Positions 1 through 9,321 of a stretch of 64,000 nt of DNA are shown piece after piece. The stretch comes from an uncultured Verrucomicrobiae bacterium. GTDB taxonomy: Bacteria; Verrucomicrobiota; Verrucomicrobiia; Limisphaerales; JAFGQR01. How positions within the stretch are numbered: the stretch's first letter is position 1; each line of letters starts with the position of its first letter. Made by a program: the position numbers and the translations under genes. The notes under the pieces are model-generated. The model searched no databases. It worked only from the letters and a program-made list of their open reading frames with translations, and had not been told where the DNA came from. Location of the stretch: assembly GCA_963788655.1 (NCBI GenBank), contig CAWBHS010000062.1:137287-201286 (forward strand), given 5' to 3'.

Positions 1-44
1 TCGGAGTTTTCCGTGATCATGCGGCAAACCGTATCACCCCTCCC

Positions 45-103
45 TGACGCCCTGATGACGTTGAAATGACAAAGTTGTCATTCGCCGTTCATGCGCGGTT
101 CAT
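45..103. promoter_or_regulatory. OmpR-family (CusR/CopR-like) operator array
   Basis: Palindrome AATGACAA-AG-TTGTCATT at 65-82 matches the core of the copper-box consensus. TGAC half-sites at 45/56/67 and TCAT at 78/89/100 are phased 11 bp apart. Confidence 0.65.
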
Positions 104-249
104 TTCATTCCGGTTTAAATACCGGGACAAACAATGATGATGAAATCATTTCAAGGCTGGCCTGGCGCCGAGCGCCTCGAATCGGTTTGTTTATGACCGC
201 GCGATTTGACAATACCTCGCCGTTAGGAGATAAGAGCGACGAGACAGTT

Positions 250-924
250 ATGCGTATCCTCGTCGTGGAAGACGAAAAGAAGACCGCTTCCTTCATCCGT
301 AAGGCGCTGCAGTCCGAAGGTTTTGCCGTGGACGTGCTCTACAATGGAATGGAGGCGCTCAATGCCCTGCCGCAGACTCCATTCGACGTGGTGGTGCTCG
401 ACATCATGATGCCCGGCATGGATGGCCTGAGTGTCGTGCGACATTGGCGTCAGCGCGGCATCCACACCCCCATCCTCCTGCTCACGGCGCGGGGCGAGAT
501 CAGTGAACGCGTCGAGGGGCTCAACGCCGGCGCCGACGATTACCTTCCCAAGCCTTTCGCCCTCGATGAACTCATCGCCCGCGTGCGTGCGTTGGGCCGG
601 CGCCAACCTGAGGCGCAACCGGTCGTCTTGCGCGCCGGTGATCTGACGCTCAACACCGTCACCCGGGAGGTTCGGCGCGCCGATATGGCCATCGAACTGG
701 CACCTCGCGAATACCGGTTGCTCGAATTCCTCATGCGTTCGCCGGGTCGGATCTGCGGGCGGATGGCGATTGTCGAGAAGGTATGGGATTACGATTTCGA
801 TCCGGGCACCAACCTGGTGGACGTTTACATCAAGCGGCTCCGCGAAAAAATTGACGCCGATTTCGAGCCCAAGTTGTTGCACACGGTGCGCGGCGTCGGT
901 TACACCCTGAAAGCCGCGCCATGA
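250..924 (+). CDS. OmpR-family response regulator (heavy-metal CusR/CzcR-like)
   Basis: MRILVVEDE receiver start, LDIMMPG phospho-Asp, GADDYLPKPF, winged helix WDYDFDPGTNLVDVYIKRLR. Start taken at ATG 250. Confidence 0.92.
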   Translation: MRILVVEDEKKTASFIRKALQSEGFAVDVLYNGMEALNALPQTPFDVVVLDIMMPGMDGLSVVRHWRQRGIHTPILLLTARGEISERVEGLNAGADDYLPKPFALDELIARVRALGRRQPEAQPVVLRAGDLTLNTVTREVRRADMAIELAPREYRLLEFLMRSPGRICGRMAIVEKVWDYDFDPGTNLVDVYIKRLREKIDADFEPKLLHTVRGVGYTLKAAP

Positions 925-1979
925 ATCTCCGCGCCCGCATCACCCTGTGGCACAGCGCGATCCTGCTGATTTCGCTGATGGTGATGGCGGGGGTGTTTCA
1001 TTACGAATTGCAGGAAAACCGGCAGGCCTTGCGCGCAGGAGAACCTCTGGAACCTTCGTGGGAGGAAACCGGTGAGTTCGTGTTGTATTTCGGCTTGCCC
1101 ACCGCGCTGTTGCTGCTGGCCGGTGGCGCCTGGTTTATTCGCCGCTCGCTGCAACCGGTGGCCCGCTTGACCGAAGCCGCCGAGCGCATTCAACTCCACC
1201 ACTTGCAGGAACGCCTGCCACCCACCGGCACCGGCGACGAACTGGATCGGCTGACCCAGGTCTTCAACGCCATGACCGTCCGCTTGCGCGAATCCTTCGA
1301 CCGGGTTCGCGAATTCACCCTGCACGCGTCGCACGAAATTAAAACGCCCCTAACCATCATGCGCGGCGAACTAGAGAGCGCCTTGCGCGAGGAGGACGAT
1401 CCGCCGTCCCAGCGTGACCTCCTCGCCAACCTGCTCGACGAAGTCAATCGCCTCGCCAAAGTTGTCGATGGGCTCAGTCTCCTGGCCAAGGCGGATGCCG
1501 GCCAGTTGGTGCTGCACCGGGAGCAGGTGCAACTTGCCGAACTGGTACAAGACAGCTTTGCGGACGCCCAGGTGCTCGCGCAGCATTCCGGTATCGCGGT
1601 GAAACTGAGCCGGTGTGATCCCGCGCTCGTGCAGGCGGACCGCCACCGTCTGCGCCAATTGCTGCTGAACCTCACCGATAACGCCATCAAGTACAACCAG
1701 CCACACGGCCGCGTGGAGATGGCGCTGACGCGCAACGGCGAGTCGGTTGAGCTCACGTTTACCAACACCGGGCCGGGCATCCCGCCGCACACCCTCCCGC
1801 GCGTGTTCGACCGATTCTTCCGTGGCGACCTCGCCCATGGCAGTGAGGTCGAAGGCTGCGGATTGGGCCTCACAATCGTCCAATGGATTGTCAAGGCCCA
1901 TGGCGGCACGATCCACCTGGCCTCGGAACCAAATCGCTTGACGACGATCACCGTGCGGTTGCCCATGGGCTCGCAGTGA
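921..1979 (+). CDS. Sensor histidine kinase (2 TM, HAMP, HisKA, HATPase)
   Basis: ASHEIKTPL H-box, NLTDNAIKY N-box, GCGLGL G2-box. ATGA overlap with the regulator. Confidence 0.92.
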   Translation: MNLRARITLWHSAILLISLMVMAGVFHYELQENRQALRAGEPLEPSWEETGEFVLYFGLPTALLLLAGGAWFIRRSLQPVARLTEAAERIQLHHLQERLPPTGTGDELDRLTQVFNAMTVRLRESFDRVREFTLHASHEIKTPLTIMRGELESALREEDDPPSQRDLLANLLDEVNRLAKVVDGLSLLAKADAGQLVLHREQVQLAELVQDSFADAQVLAQHSGIAVKLSRCDPALVQADRHRLRQLLLNLTDNAIKYNQPHGRVEMALTRNGESVELTFTNTGPGIPPHTLPRVFDRFFRGDLAHGSEVEGCGLGLTIVQWIVKAHGGTIHLASEPNRLTTITVRLPMGSQ

Positions 1980-2104
1980 GGTTCATGCGGAAGTGACGAC
2001 AAACGCTCTCCAGGATGTGATTGCAACCGCAGCTTTTGCGAAGCACTTTCATCAAATGGAAGGCACGGATTCGCGGTGCCACTTGCGAGGGAATAGGGTT
2101 GGCT

Positions 2105-2128
2105 AAGCCGGTCTGAACCGGCTTTTTC
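2105..2128 (+). terminator. Intrinsic terminator after the two-component pair
   Basis: AAGCCGGT-CTGA-ACCGGCTT stem-loop followed by a T run. Confidence 0.6.
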
Positions 2129-2134
2129 ATTTCG

Positions 2135-2148
2135 TTGACACGGGTCAA
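2135..2148. promoter_or_regulatory. Crp/Fnr-type palindrome TTGAC-N4-GTCAA
   Basis: Perfect TTGACACGGGTCAA about 75 bp upstream of the cupin ATG. Confidence 0.5.
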
Positions 2149-2222
2149 ATATCATTGCCTTGACTGGGTTAGATTGAAGACAGTCATTTGAATAAAAACC
2201 GGAACTCACGACCAAATTGTTT

Positions 2223-2567
2223 ATGGAATATGATGCCATTCCCAGCCCCAACCCGCTACTGGCCCGCGCCGGTCAACCGGGCGACCTCGCGCAATACCAG
2301 ACCGGGGCGGTGGTCAGCCGCGAAATTTTGAAGAAGCCAACCGGTTCGGTGACCGTCTTTGCTTTTGACGCTGACCAGGGATTGAGCGAACACACCGCTC
2401 CGTTTGACGCGCTGGTCAGCGTGTTGGAAGGCGAGGTCGAGATCACCATCGCCGGCAACGCCCACCGCGTTAAAGCAGGCGAAATGATCATCATGCCCGC
2501 CGGCCAACCGCACGCCCTCCAGGCCATGACGCGCTTCAAGATGGTCCTGACGATGATTCGGTCGTAA
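2223..2567 (+). CDS. Cupin domain protein
   Basis: GLSEHTAPFDALVSVLEGE and MPAGQPHAL cupin motifs. Confidence 0.88.
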   Translation: MEYDAIPSPNPLLARAGQPGDLAQYQTGAVVSREILKKPTGSVTVFAFDADQGLSEHTAPFDALVSVLEGEVEITIAGNAHRVKAGEMIIMPAGQPHALQAMTRFKMVLTMIRS

Positions 2568-2765
2568 CGCAGATTTTCAATCTGCGGTATCGTGGACTTG
2601 AAGTCCGCCGGGTATGGACAGCGTGTGGCCCTGCCGAAATTCTGCACGACTGACCTCCAACGAAAGCGAGAACAAGCTCCACGCACCAAACGCTTCGCGA
2701 CCTTCAATCGTCCAATGGGATGTCGCGTCAGCGTTTGGAGTGCGTCCGGCTTGCCGACGCTTTCG
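2564..2765. repeat. Cluster of palindromic REP-like elements
   Basis: GCAGATTTTCAATCTGC hairpin at the cupin stop, plus TTTGGAGTGCGTCCGGCTTGCCG family units (2662-2765) also seen at 30824-30960, about 48565-48605 and 61106-61186. Confidence 0.75.
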
Positions 2766-3214
2766 TCCGCAGGTTGGCGTGGCAAGTTGGACGGACCGAC
2801 CAAAAAAACCTCCCGCTTTTGTTTTTTGGCGGCTGCCGATCGTGACGGCTCACTTGGCGAATCACCTTCGACTTTGTCGCTTTCTCATCGGCCTTCACCA
2901 GACGAACGCTTTGTTGCGGGAGCCCCGACAGGGACGGCACGATACTAGCCCAGGGCGGCGCTCGTGCCTCGCTTGCCCTGGGTTAGTATCGCATCGTCCC
3001 TTCGGCACTTCAGTTTCGCTCGCAGAGTTCACCTATTCCGGTCGAACAAAAGATTCGCCCCAGCCGCGCTCAAAGTTACCGCGGAAAAAATTCCCTCCCC
3101 CAAAACGCAAGTTTCCCATGCCACTTGCGCGGCATGGGAAACAGGCGTCAGGGAACCGGGGGTGAATTCGCGAGTAGGGGGAGGCGACCAGCGATTCAGG
3201 CCCCGGTCACTTGC

Positions 3215-5041
3215 TCACCAGTAGTGGCCGTTGGTGCCAAACCAGGTGCTCGACGCGTTCTGCCACTGCGGACTGCTGCCACCCCAACCCATATTGCACT
3301 TGAAATACTGCGAGGTGTTGAGCGTGATTCCGAGGAATTTGTACTTCCGCTCGGCGTACCCGTAAGCGAAGGGGTAGTGCCAGTAGAAGCCCAGTCCCAC
3401 AATCGCCGGCCGGCCGGATTTGATCGAGCCAATGGCGCGGTTCCGCGAGCCCGGGCTCAAGTACGGCACTCCCCAACTCCAGGAGATGTAATAGCCGGCG
3501 CCGCGATGGGCCGCCCAGTAATGGCCGTTCTTCATGTTCCACGGCATCGTGGCCGCCTGACCGTTGACGCAGAAGGGACCCACGTCACTGAAGACGTACC
3601 GGGCGCAATCCCGCACGCTGTTGTCGTTGTAAAGTGGCGCATCCGCCCAGGAGGTGTTCTTCAGCAGGCGCGGCGAGCCTTTGCGGTCCCACCACCCATA
3701 CAACATCGTCCAGGCCGTCGGACCGCAACCGCTCCAGCCGCCACTACACATCTGCGAATCGTGCCAGAACTGATTGTATCGGCGTTGGTCACCCCAGTTC
3801 CCGGCGTACCAATAGTGCCAGGAGGTCCATCCGGAAGTCGCCAGGTTGAGCGATGCTCCTTTGGCCCCGGCGGGGGTCACCAGCAGGATCAATGTTTCTT
3901 TGCTGCCATCGGCATACACGACCCGGAGAAGGGTGCCGCCTTCCTGGACGCCCGTGATCCACAGGCCCGGCTTGCCCGGCTCCAGCACCAGCGTCGCCAG
4001 ACTGGGGTCATCCAGCGTCGCTGTCTCTACGAGTTGCTTCGCCAGCACTTCTTGGCGTTTCCCCACCGGCACCTGGAGCGAAGGGGGCTCGTTGCCCGTC
4101 ATCAAGTCCCATTCGGTCTTGGCCAGCTCAGCGCGACGGTTTCGCAGCTCTTGATAGAGCGGATTCTGGACGATGTCCGTCTTCATTTCGCGGTAGGACT
4201 TGTACGGCGACGCGGGAAACGTCGGCGAGTCGCCGCCCTGTTCATTGCCCTGTTCATCGACCAGGCCTTCGAATTCTTTGCCCGCCAGGGACAAGACTTG
4301 GGGATCAATGAAGAACGGCTCATTGCCCAGGGTGCCGACGACCTCACCGTTGGCGTCTTCGGCCACCAGGAAACCATTGTCAAAGCGCAATGGCTTGATG
4401 GGCCCGTTGCCGCGAGCTTTGCGCAACAACATTTCCACCGCCGTCGGTCCGCTCTCGGAGAATTCGGCCACCGGGAAATCGCCCGGGGTCACCGACACGA
4501 GGATGCGGCCAAAATCGCACCGGTTGTCGAAGTTCAGCGGCGGATCGATCGGCAGCGGCTCATCCGGCGGCGGATCGGGAATGGGAATGTGTTTCTTAAT
4601 CACTTTGAACTCGATATAGGTGAGCGTCTTGCCGAGATCGACCGCGGGATCGTACATGGGATAACAGACTGGGCCCAACTCAACGTCCTGCCAGCCACCT
4701 TCCTGATCGCCGCCGTCGCTTTCCGCATCTTCCAACAAGGTGTCGCGCAGGAATTGTTGGGCGATATCGACCGCCAGGGGCGGGGCGTCGGACAGAAGCA
4801 TCGCCGCGGTGAAACCGGCGTTCTGTTCGCCATTGATCTTGATCCGATAAAACGCCTTGGGATCATTCGTGTTTTGCAGAATACCACCCGAGGTGGTCAG
4901 GAGCGTTTCGTCCACGGGAACCGCGTTCCAGGTTTTCATATCGGTGGACCGTTGCAATTCGAGGACGGCCATACCCGCCCGAACATTCGGAGCCAACAGC
5001 AGACTCACGCCGATAAAGAGGGAGTACCATATTTTTTTCAT
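3215..5041 (-). CDS. Secreted papain-fold cysteine protease, streptopain (C10)-like
   Basis: Signal peptide. C-terminal SGCGPTAWTML (Cys), WHYPFAYGY (His) and CNMGWGG resemble the C10 motifs TGCVATA/GHAF..DGY/NWGWGG. Confidence 0.7.
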   Translation of the reverse strand: MKKIWYSLFIGVSLLLAPNVRAGMAVLELQRSTDMKTWNAVPVDETLLTTSGGILQNTNDPKAFYRIKINGEQNAGFTAAMLLSDAPPLAVDIAQQFLRDTLLEDAESDGGDQEGGWQDVELGPVCYPMYDPAVDLGKTLTYIEFKVIKKHIPIPDPPPDEPLPIDPPLNFDNRCDFGRILVSVTPGDFPVAEFSESGPTAVEMLLRKARGNGPIKPLRFDNGFLVAEDANGEVVGTLGNEPFFIDPQVLSLAGKEFEGLVDEQGNEQGGDSPTFPASPYKSYREMKTDIVQNPLYQELRNRRAELAKTEWDLMTGNEPPSLQVPVGKRQEVLAKQLVETATLDDPSLATLVLEPGKPGLWITGVQEGGTLLRVVYADGSKETLILLVTPAGAKGASLNLATSGWTSWHYWYAGNWGDQRRYNQFWHDSQMCSGGWSGCGPTAWTMLYGWWDRKGSPRLLKNTSWADAPLYNDNSVRDCARYVFSDVGPFCVNGQAATMPWNMKNGHYWAAHRGAGYYISWSWGVPYLSPGSRNRAIGSIKSGRPAIVGLGFYWHYPFAYGYAERKYKFLGITLNTSQYFKCNMGWGGSSPQWQNASSTWFGTNGHYW

Positions 5042-5511
5042 ACGTCATTCGTTTTCGTTTGTTTTCTAAACAGAGGTTGCACGCCACCCCGCCGTCCACG
5101 GGCCGTTCCGCACTCGCGGATCCGCCGGCCATTCGGGCAGTGCATCTGGAACTGCCGGCTGAGCGGATTGGCCCCGGTGACGGAGCGGTAAGCCAACTTC
5201 GGCTTACACGGGTTACAGAAGTTTTTGCGAAGAGGTATTACAGGGCAGGTGATGAAAAGTTTTCGCGCTTAGATTGCACTTCCGGCAGCCGACGTTACCA
5301 TTCTCCACCAAGCTGCCGGTGAACGCTTTCGTAGCCGTAGGACAGGCGTCTCGCCGGTCTCGAACTTCCAAGTGGCGCTCATTCTTTCAACGAGCGACAA
5401 CCAACCAGTGGACGCCTTTGGGACTTTCGCGACCGTCGGTACGGCTCTCCTATGTTGGTTGTTGAATCGCCGCCTGAATGGTTCGCACCGCTCGCGACCC
5501 GAACGGTTCGA

Positions 5512-6837
5512 TTACTTCCTCCGTTTCGTCCACACGTAGCGGAACATGATCACCCGCAGCGCCGCCGTCAGCGGAATGGCGAGGATGCCACCCAGGATGC
5601 CGCCCAGCAACGTGGTGCCCACCATCAGGGCGATGATGATCGTCACCGGGTGCAGGCCCACTTTGTCGCCCATGATCTTGGGCGAGATGACCACGCTCTC
5701 GAGCGTTTGCACCACCGTGAACACGGCGCACACCATCAACGGATGCTGCCAGTCCCCGTGCTGCACCACCGCCAGCAGCATCGCCAGTACGAAGGTGATG
5801 ATGGCGCCGAGGAACGGGATGATGGTCAAAAGCGTGGCCAGCGCCCCCAACAGCACCGCGTAGGGCAGACCGATAATGATGAAGCCAATCGTGTACAGCA
5901 CGCCGTCGCAGATCGCCACCAGCACCTGACCACGGAAGAACGCGATCAAGTAGTCATTGATCGATCCGAGCACGAACACCAGTTCATCTTTGAACTCGGA
6001 TTTGGCGACCGGCAAATAGTCGGTCCACTTGTCGTGAATGCCCTTCTTCTCCCAGAGGAAATAGAAGGAGTAGATCGGGATCAGTGCCAATCCGGCCAGC
6101 GTGCCCAATAGCGCCGCGACTTTGCTTGCCTGGCCAAAGAGCCAGGAGCCGACTGTCGGCAGAATTCGCGCCAGCCAATTGCCGACCGTTTGCAGGGTCT
6201 GCTTGTCCAGGGCGCGGCTCAAAAAGGACTCTTTTCCCGCGGGGCTCGAGGCCGCCGCCGCATTGGTGCCGTTGTTGACGACGGTGGATGGCGCATTGCT
6301 CAAGACCAGGATGTTGGAGGCGGCGCTCGCAGCATTGCTCCCAGCAAAGCTGTTAGTGATGATGCCTACGACATTCGTATCGATCGGAGCGTTGGTGCCC
6401 GAGGCTTCTGTTCCTTCGGTACCCAACAATTTGCGGATCAGAGCCGGTGGATTGTTGACCCACGTCTCGATCCGCTTTTGCAACTTTTCAGTGTAAGTCG
6501 GAATGCCGCGGACGAGATCCCCCGTCTCCACGATGATCTGCGGAACCACGCTTCCGAAATATCCCAGCACCACTACCAGCGCCATCGCGAAGACAAAGAT
6601 GACAGCGCGGTGCCGCGGAACCTTCTTTCGCTCCAGCCAATCCACCACCGGATCGAGCAAGTAAGCCACCACGCCCGCCACCGCAATCGGCAAAATCACC
6701 GGCGCCAGGATGCGGATTACCTGCCCCAGTCCCCATCCCAACGCCACGACCAACGCCACCAACACCGCGATGGCCAGGCCGGTCAACGCCGCCCAGATGA
6801 TGCGCGCTTGCTTTTGCGTGGGTGGCGGAAAGTCCAT
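5512..6837 (-). CDS. AI-2E (PerM) family transporter with low-complexity loop
   Basis: AYLLDPVVDWLE, FFRGQVLV, IIPFLG and PKIMGDKVGLHP motifs. Confidence 0.9.
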   Translation of the reverse strand: MDFPPPTQKQARIIWAALTGLAIAVLVALVVALGWGLGQVIRILAPVILPIAVAGVVAYLLDPVVDWLERKKVPRHRAVIFVFAMALVVVLGYFGSVVPQIIVETGDLVRGIPTYTEKLQKRIETWVNNPPALIRKLLGTEGTEASGTNAPIDTNVVGIITNSFAGSNAASAASNILVLSNAPSTVVNNGTNAAAASSPAGKESFLSRALDKQTLQTVGNWLARILPTVGSWLFGQASKVAALLGTLAGLALIPIYSFYFLWEKKGIHDKWTDYLPVAKSEFKDELVFVLGSINDYLIAFFRGQVLVAICDGVLYTIGFIIIGLPYAVLLGALATLLTIIPFLGAIITFVLAMLLAVVQHGDWQHPLMVCAVFTVVQTLESVVISPKIMGDKVGLHPVTIIIALMVGTTLLGGILGGILAIPLTAALRVIMFRYVWTKRRK

Positions 6838-6879
6838 TCGTTGGGAAAGTTCGTCGCTGGTTTCAGATTTACGGAAAAT

Positions 6880-7695
6880 TTAGGCGCTGCCCAATCGCTT
6901 CGATTTTTCGGTCGCGGCCCGAACGGCATTGATGAGCGCCCCCCGCACACCCGCCTTCTCCAGCTCGTGCAACCCTTCAATGGTCGTGCCGCCGGGGCTG
7001 GTGACCATGTCTTTGAGGGCGCCGGGATGTTGCCCGGTTTCCAACACCATCTTGGCGCTACCCAACAGTGTTTGCGCTGCCAGTTGCGTGGCGATCTCCC
7101 GGGGCAGCCCGGCCGCCACCCCGCCGTCACTGAGCGCCTCGATGAGCAAAAACGCATACGCCGGCCCGCTTCCGCTCAAGCCGGTGACAGCATCCAGGAG
7201 CGGTTCTTTGACCGCAAACGCCACGCCCACGGCTGCCAAAAGCTGCTGCACCAATTGGGCGTCCGCCGGCGTGGCCGCAGTGCCGAGCGCATAAGCGCAC
7301 GCGGCGGCGCCCACCAAGGCCGGGGTGTTGGGCATCACGCGAACGACCCGGGCCGAATCGCCCAGGCCATCTTCGAGGCGCGCAATGGGCACTCCAGCGG
7401 CAATGGAGACGAGCAAGTGCGTCGGGGTGAATTGGCTGCGTATGTCCGCCAACACTTCGGCAACCTGCGCGGGCTTGACCGCGAGCACAAGGACGTTGGC
7501 AAATTGGACGACCTCGGAATTGGACCGGCTGGCTCGCGCGCCCAAAGCTTGATTGAACGCAGCGACGGCGTCGTCGGCGCAATCGCTGGCCATCAGTTGG
7601 TCCGCTTGGACCAAACCTGCGTGGACAAATCCTTTGGCGAGGGCGGTGGCCATTTTGCCGGCGCCCACAAAGCCGATCTTCAAACCGGAAATCAT
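6880..7695 (-). CDS. proC: Pyrroline-5-carboxylate reductase
   Basis: GFVGAGKM, VRVMPNTP, GLSGSGPAY, VTSPGGTT. Confidence 0.97.
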   Translation of the reverse strand: MISGLKIGFVGAGKMATALAKGFVHAGLVQADQLMASDCADDAVAAFNQALGARASRSNSEVVQFANVLVLAVKPAQVAEVLADIRSQFTPTHLLVSIAAGVPIARLEDGLGDSARVVRVMPNTPALVGAAACAYALGTAATPADAQLVQQLLAAVGVAFAVKEPLLDAVTGLSGSGPAYAFLLIEALSDGGVAAGLPREIATQLAAQTLLGSAKMVLETGQHPGALKDMVTSPGGTTIEGLHELEKAGVRGALINAVRAATEKSKRLGSA

Positions 7696-7832
7696 GCGCG
7701 GCGTTGTAACACCTCGTCGCCCGAAGCAAAAGGCAAAAGCGCAGGCAGGAACCGGGTCCAGGATATCGGGAAGTTATTGGCGGCGATGGCGGAGCCGATT
7801 TTGACGGCGAGTTTATCGAAGCCTTTGAGGTC

Positions 7833-7904
7833 TGTAGCCGCCGACGTGAGGAGGCGGAGCACGGGAAGAGGTATCAGGTCCGCCTCGTTACGTCGGCGGC
7901 TACA
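7833..7904. repeat. GTAG-type REP doublet (inverted pair)
   Basis: TGTAGCCGCCGACGTGAGGAGGCGGA ... TCCGCCTCGTTACGTCGGCGGCTACA. Related pairs at 13943-14028, 26247-26319 and 27880-27952. Confidence 0.8.
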
Positions 7905-8021
7905 ACGAGTGTGGAATGCTGGGGCTAGACCCAACCAACAAATCGCCGGCGGAACGCCGCCTGCTTCCGCACTCGAGCTTGGGGCTTGGACATTCTCTGA
8001 GCCTTGGTCATTGGCTATTGG

Positions 8022-9317
8022 TCATTCCTCATGTGCTCGGTCGCGGGGCGAGCGCAGTCGCACGGGCGGCGCATTGGTATCTTTCTCCTTCTTCGTCTTA
8101 AAGGCGGACCGGAAGAGCCAGTGATGCTTCAGGCCTTGCACAAAGGAATCCAAATCCACAATGGCGTGGTCGAGTGAGGTGACGAGGTTGCTGTTGGCTT
8201 GGACCTGGGCGTTGAGGTTGCTGGTGAGATTGGCCAAGTTTTCGAGACTGGTGTTGAGATTGGTGGCCAGTGTGCCCAGGTGGGCGTCCGTGTTGGTGGT
8301 GAATTGCCGGGCGGCGACTAGAGTGGTGTCGGCCGCGGCGAGTGTTTGGGTCAAGTGATTGTTCAAATTCGTCGGAAACAACCAATTGCCCAGCCCGCCC
8401 TGCGGATCGCGGATTTGCGTCGAGATGAGCGCCAGGTTGGTGACCAGCGGCTGAGCGGTGGCCAGCACGTCATTGGCGCGGGTGGCGGCTTGCGCAGCAT
8501 TCGTCAGGACGGCAGCCAATTGATTGGTGAGCCGCAGGACGTTTGGCAGGTTGGTTTGCACCAGATTAACCATGGTTTCCAGACGCTCGGTCAGGGCGGG
8601 GGATTCCCTCGGTTCCAGGAAATAACCTTTGGTTTTCTGGTCATAAGGTATGTAACGGCGCAGCGAGGTGGACCACATTCCGGTGGGCTCTTGAGTGTCT
8701 TCCTGGGTGTGAATGATCCAAATGGTATTGGTGCCCAGCGCCTCGATCTCGCGCAGCAAGTCCAGGGTCAACGGCCGGCTGGCCCGAATCATCAATCCGT
8801 TCGTATCATACAAATCCTGCCCGATGGCGATACCGCCTTGCGGGAGCAGCATCGTCACCTGCTTGACCGGGACTTTCTGGTAGGGATGGAACAAATAAGT
8901 CGGAACGCCGTCGGTGCCCTTGGTGACTTCAATGCTGCGATTGCCCAGCAAACCTTCCGGGACAACGCGGGCTTGCGAGTCGTCCCAAAGATACCCGTAG
9001 TATGGCTCCCAAATCTGAAACCGCACATACACGTCGTAGTACTCACCGGGAGGCATGGGAGTGATCTCGAGGATTTCACCGGCGGCGAAGCCCATCAATT
9101 TGACTTTGTCGCCCACGTTCAAGCCCTCGGCATTTCTCACAAAGGTAAAATAGGGTAGTTTGAGTAGAAACCACCCTTTGCGGGCGGCCCGTTGATACAT
9201 GTAATATCCGAGACCCGCCAGCATGAGTGCCAGGGCCACCGTCACAAACAACCCGACCAAAAACTCGAGCCGGCTCAGGCGGGTGCGGAGTTGGGGCGTC
9301 AAATCTTGTAAAGGCAT
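8022..9317 (-). CDS. MCE/MlaD family protein with long helical extension
   Basis: N-terminal TM 'VGLFV', AEGLNVGDKVKLMG, EGLLGNRSIEV; last gene of the mlaE-mlaF operon. Confidence 0.88.
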   Translation of the reverse strand: MPLQDLTPQLRTRLSRLEFLVGLFVTVALALMLAGLGYYMYQRAARKGWFLLKLPYFTFVRNAEGLNVGDKVKLMGFAAGEILEITPMPPGEYYDVYVRFQIWEPYYGYLWDDSQARVVPEGLLGNRSIEVTKGTDGVPTYLFHPYQKVPVKQVTMLLPQGGIAIGQDLYDTNGLMIRASRPLTLDLLREIEALGTNTIWIIHTQEDTQEPTGMWSTSLRRYIPYDQKTKGYFLEPRESPALTERLETMVNLVQTNLPNVLRLTNQLAAVLTNAAQAATRANDVLATAQPLVTNLALISTQIRDPQGGLGNWLFPTNLNNHLTQTLAAADTTLVAARQFTTNTDAHLGTLATNLNTSLENLANLTSNLNAQVQANSNLVTSLDHAIVDLDSFVQGLKHHWLFRSAFKTKKEKDTNAPPVRLRSPRDRAHEE

Positions 9318-9321
9318 GGCA

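Noticed and set aside
3125..5191. 688-aa plus-strand ORF and similar long ORFs (6190-8124, 15168-16418, 32035-33384, 59866-61290)
   Set aside because: Antisense shadows of well-supported genes, expected in GC-rich DNA; no recognisable motifs.
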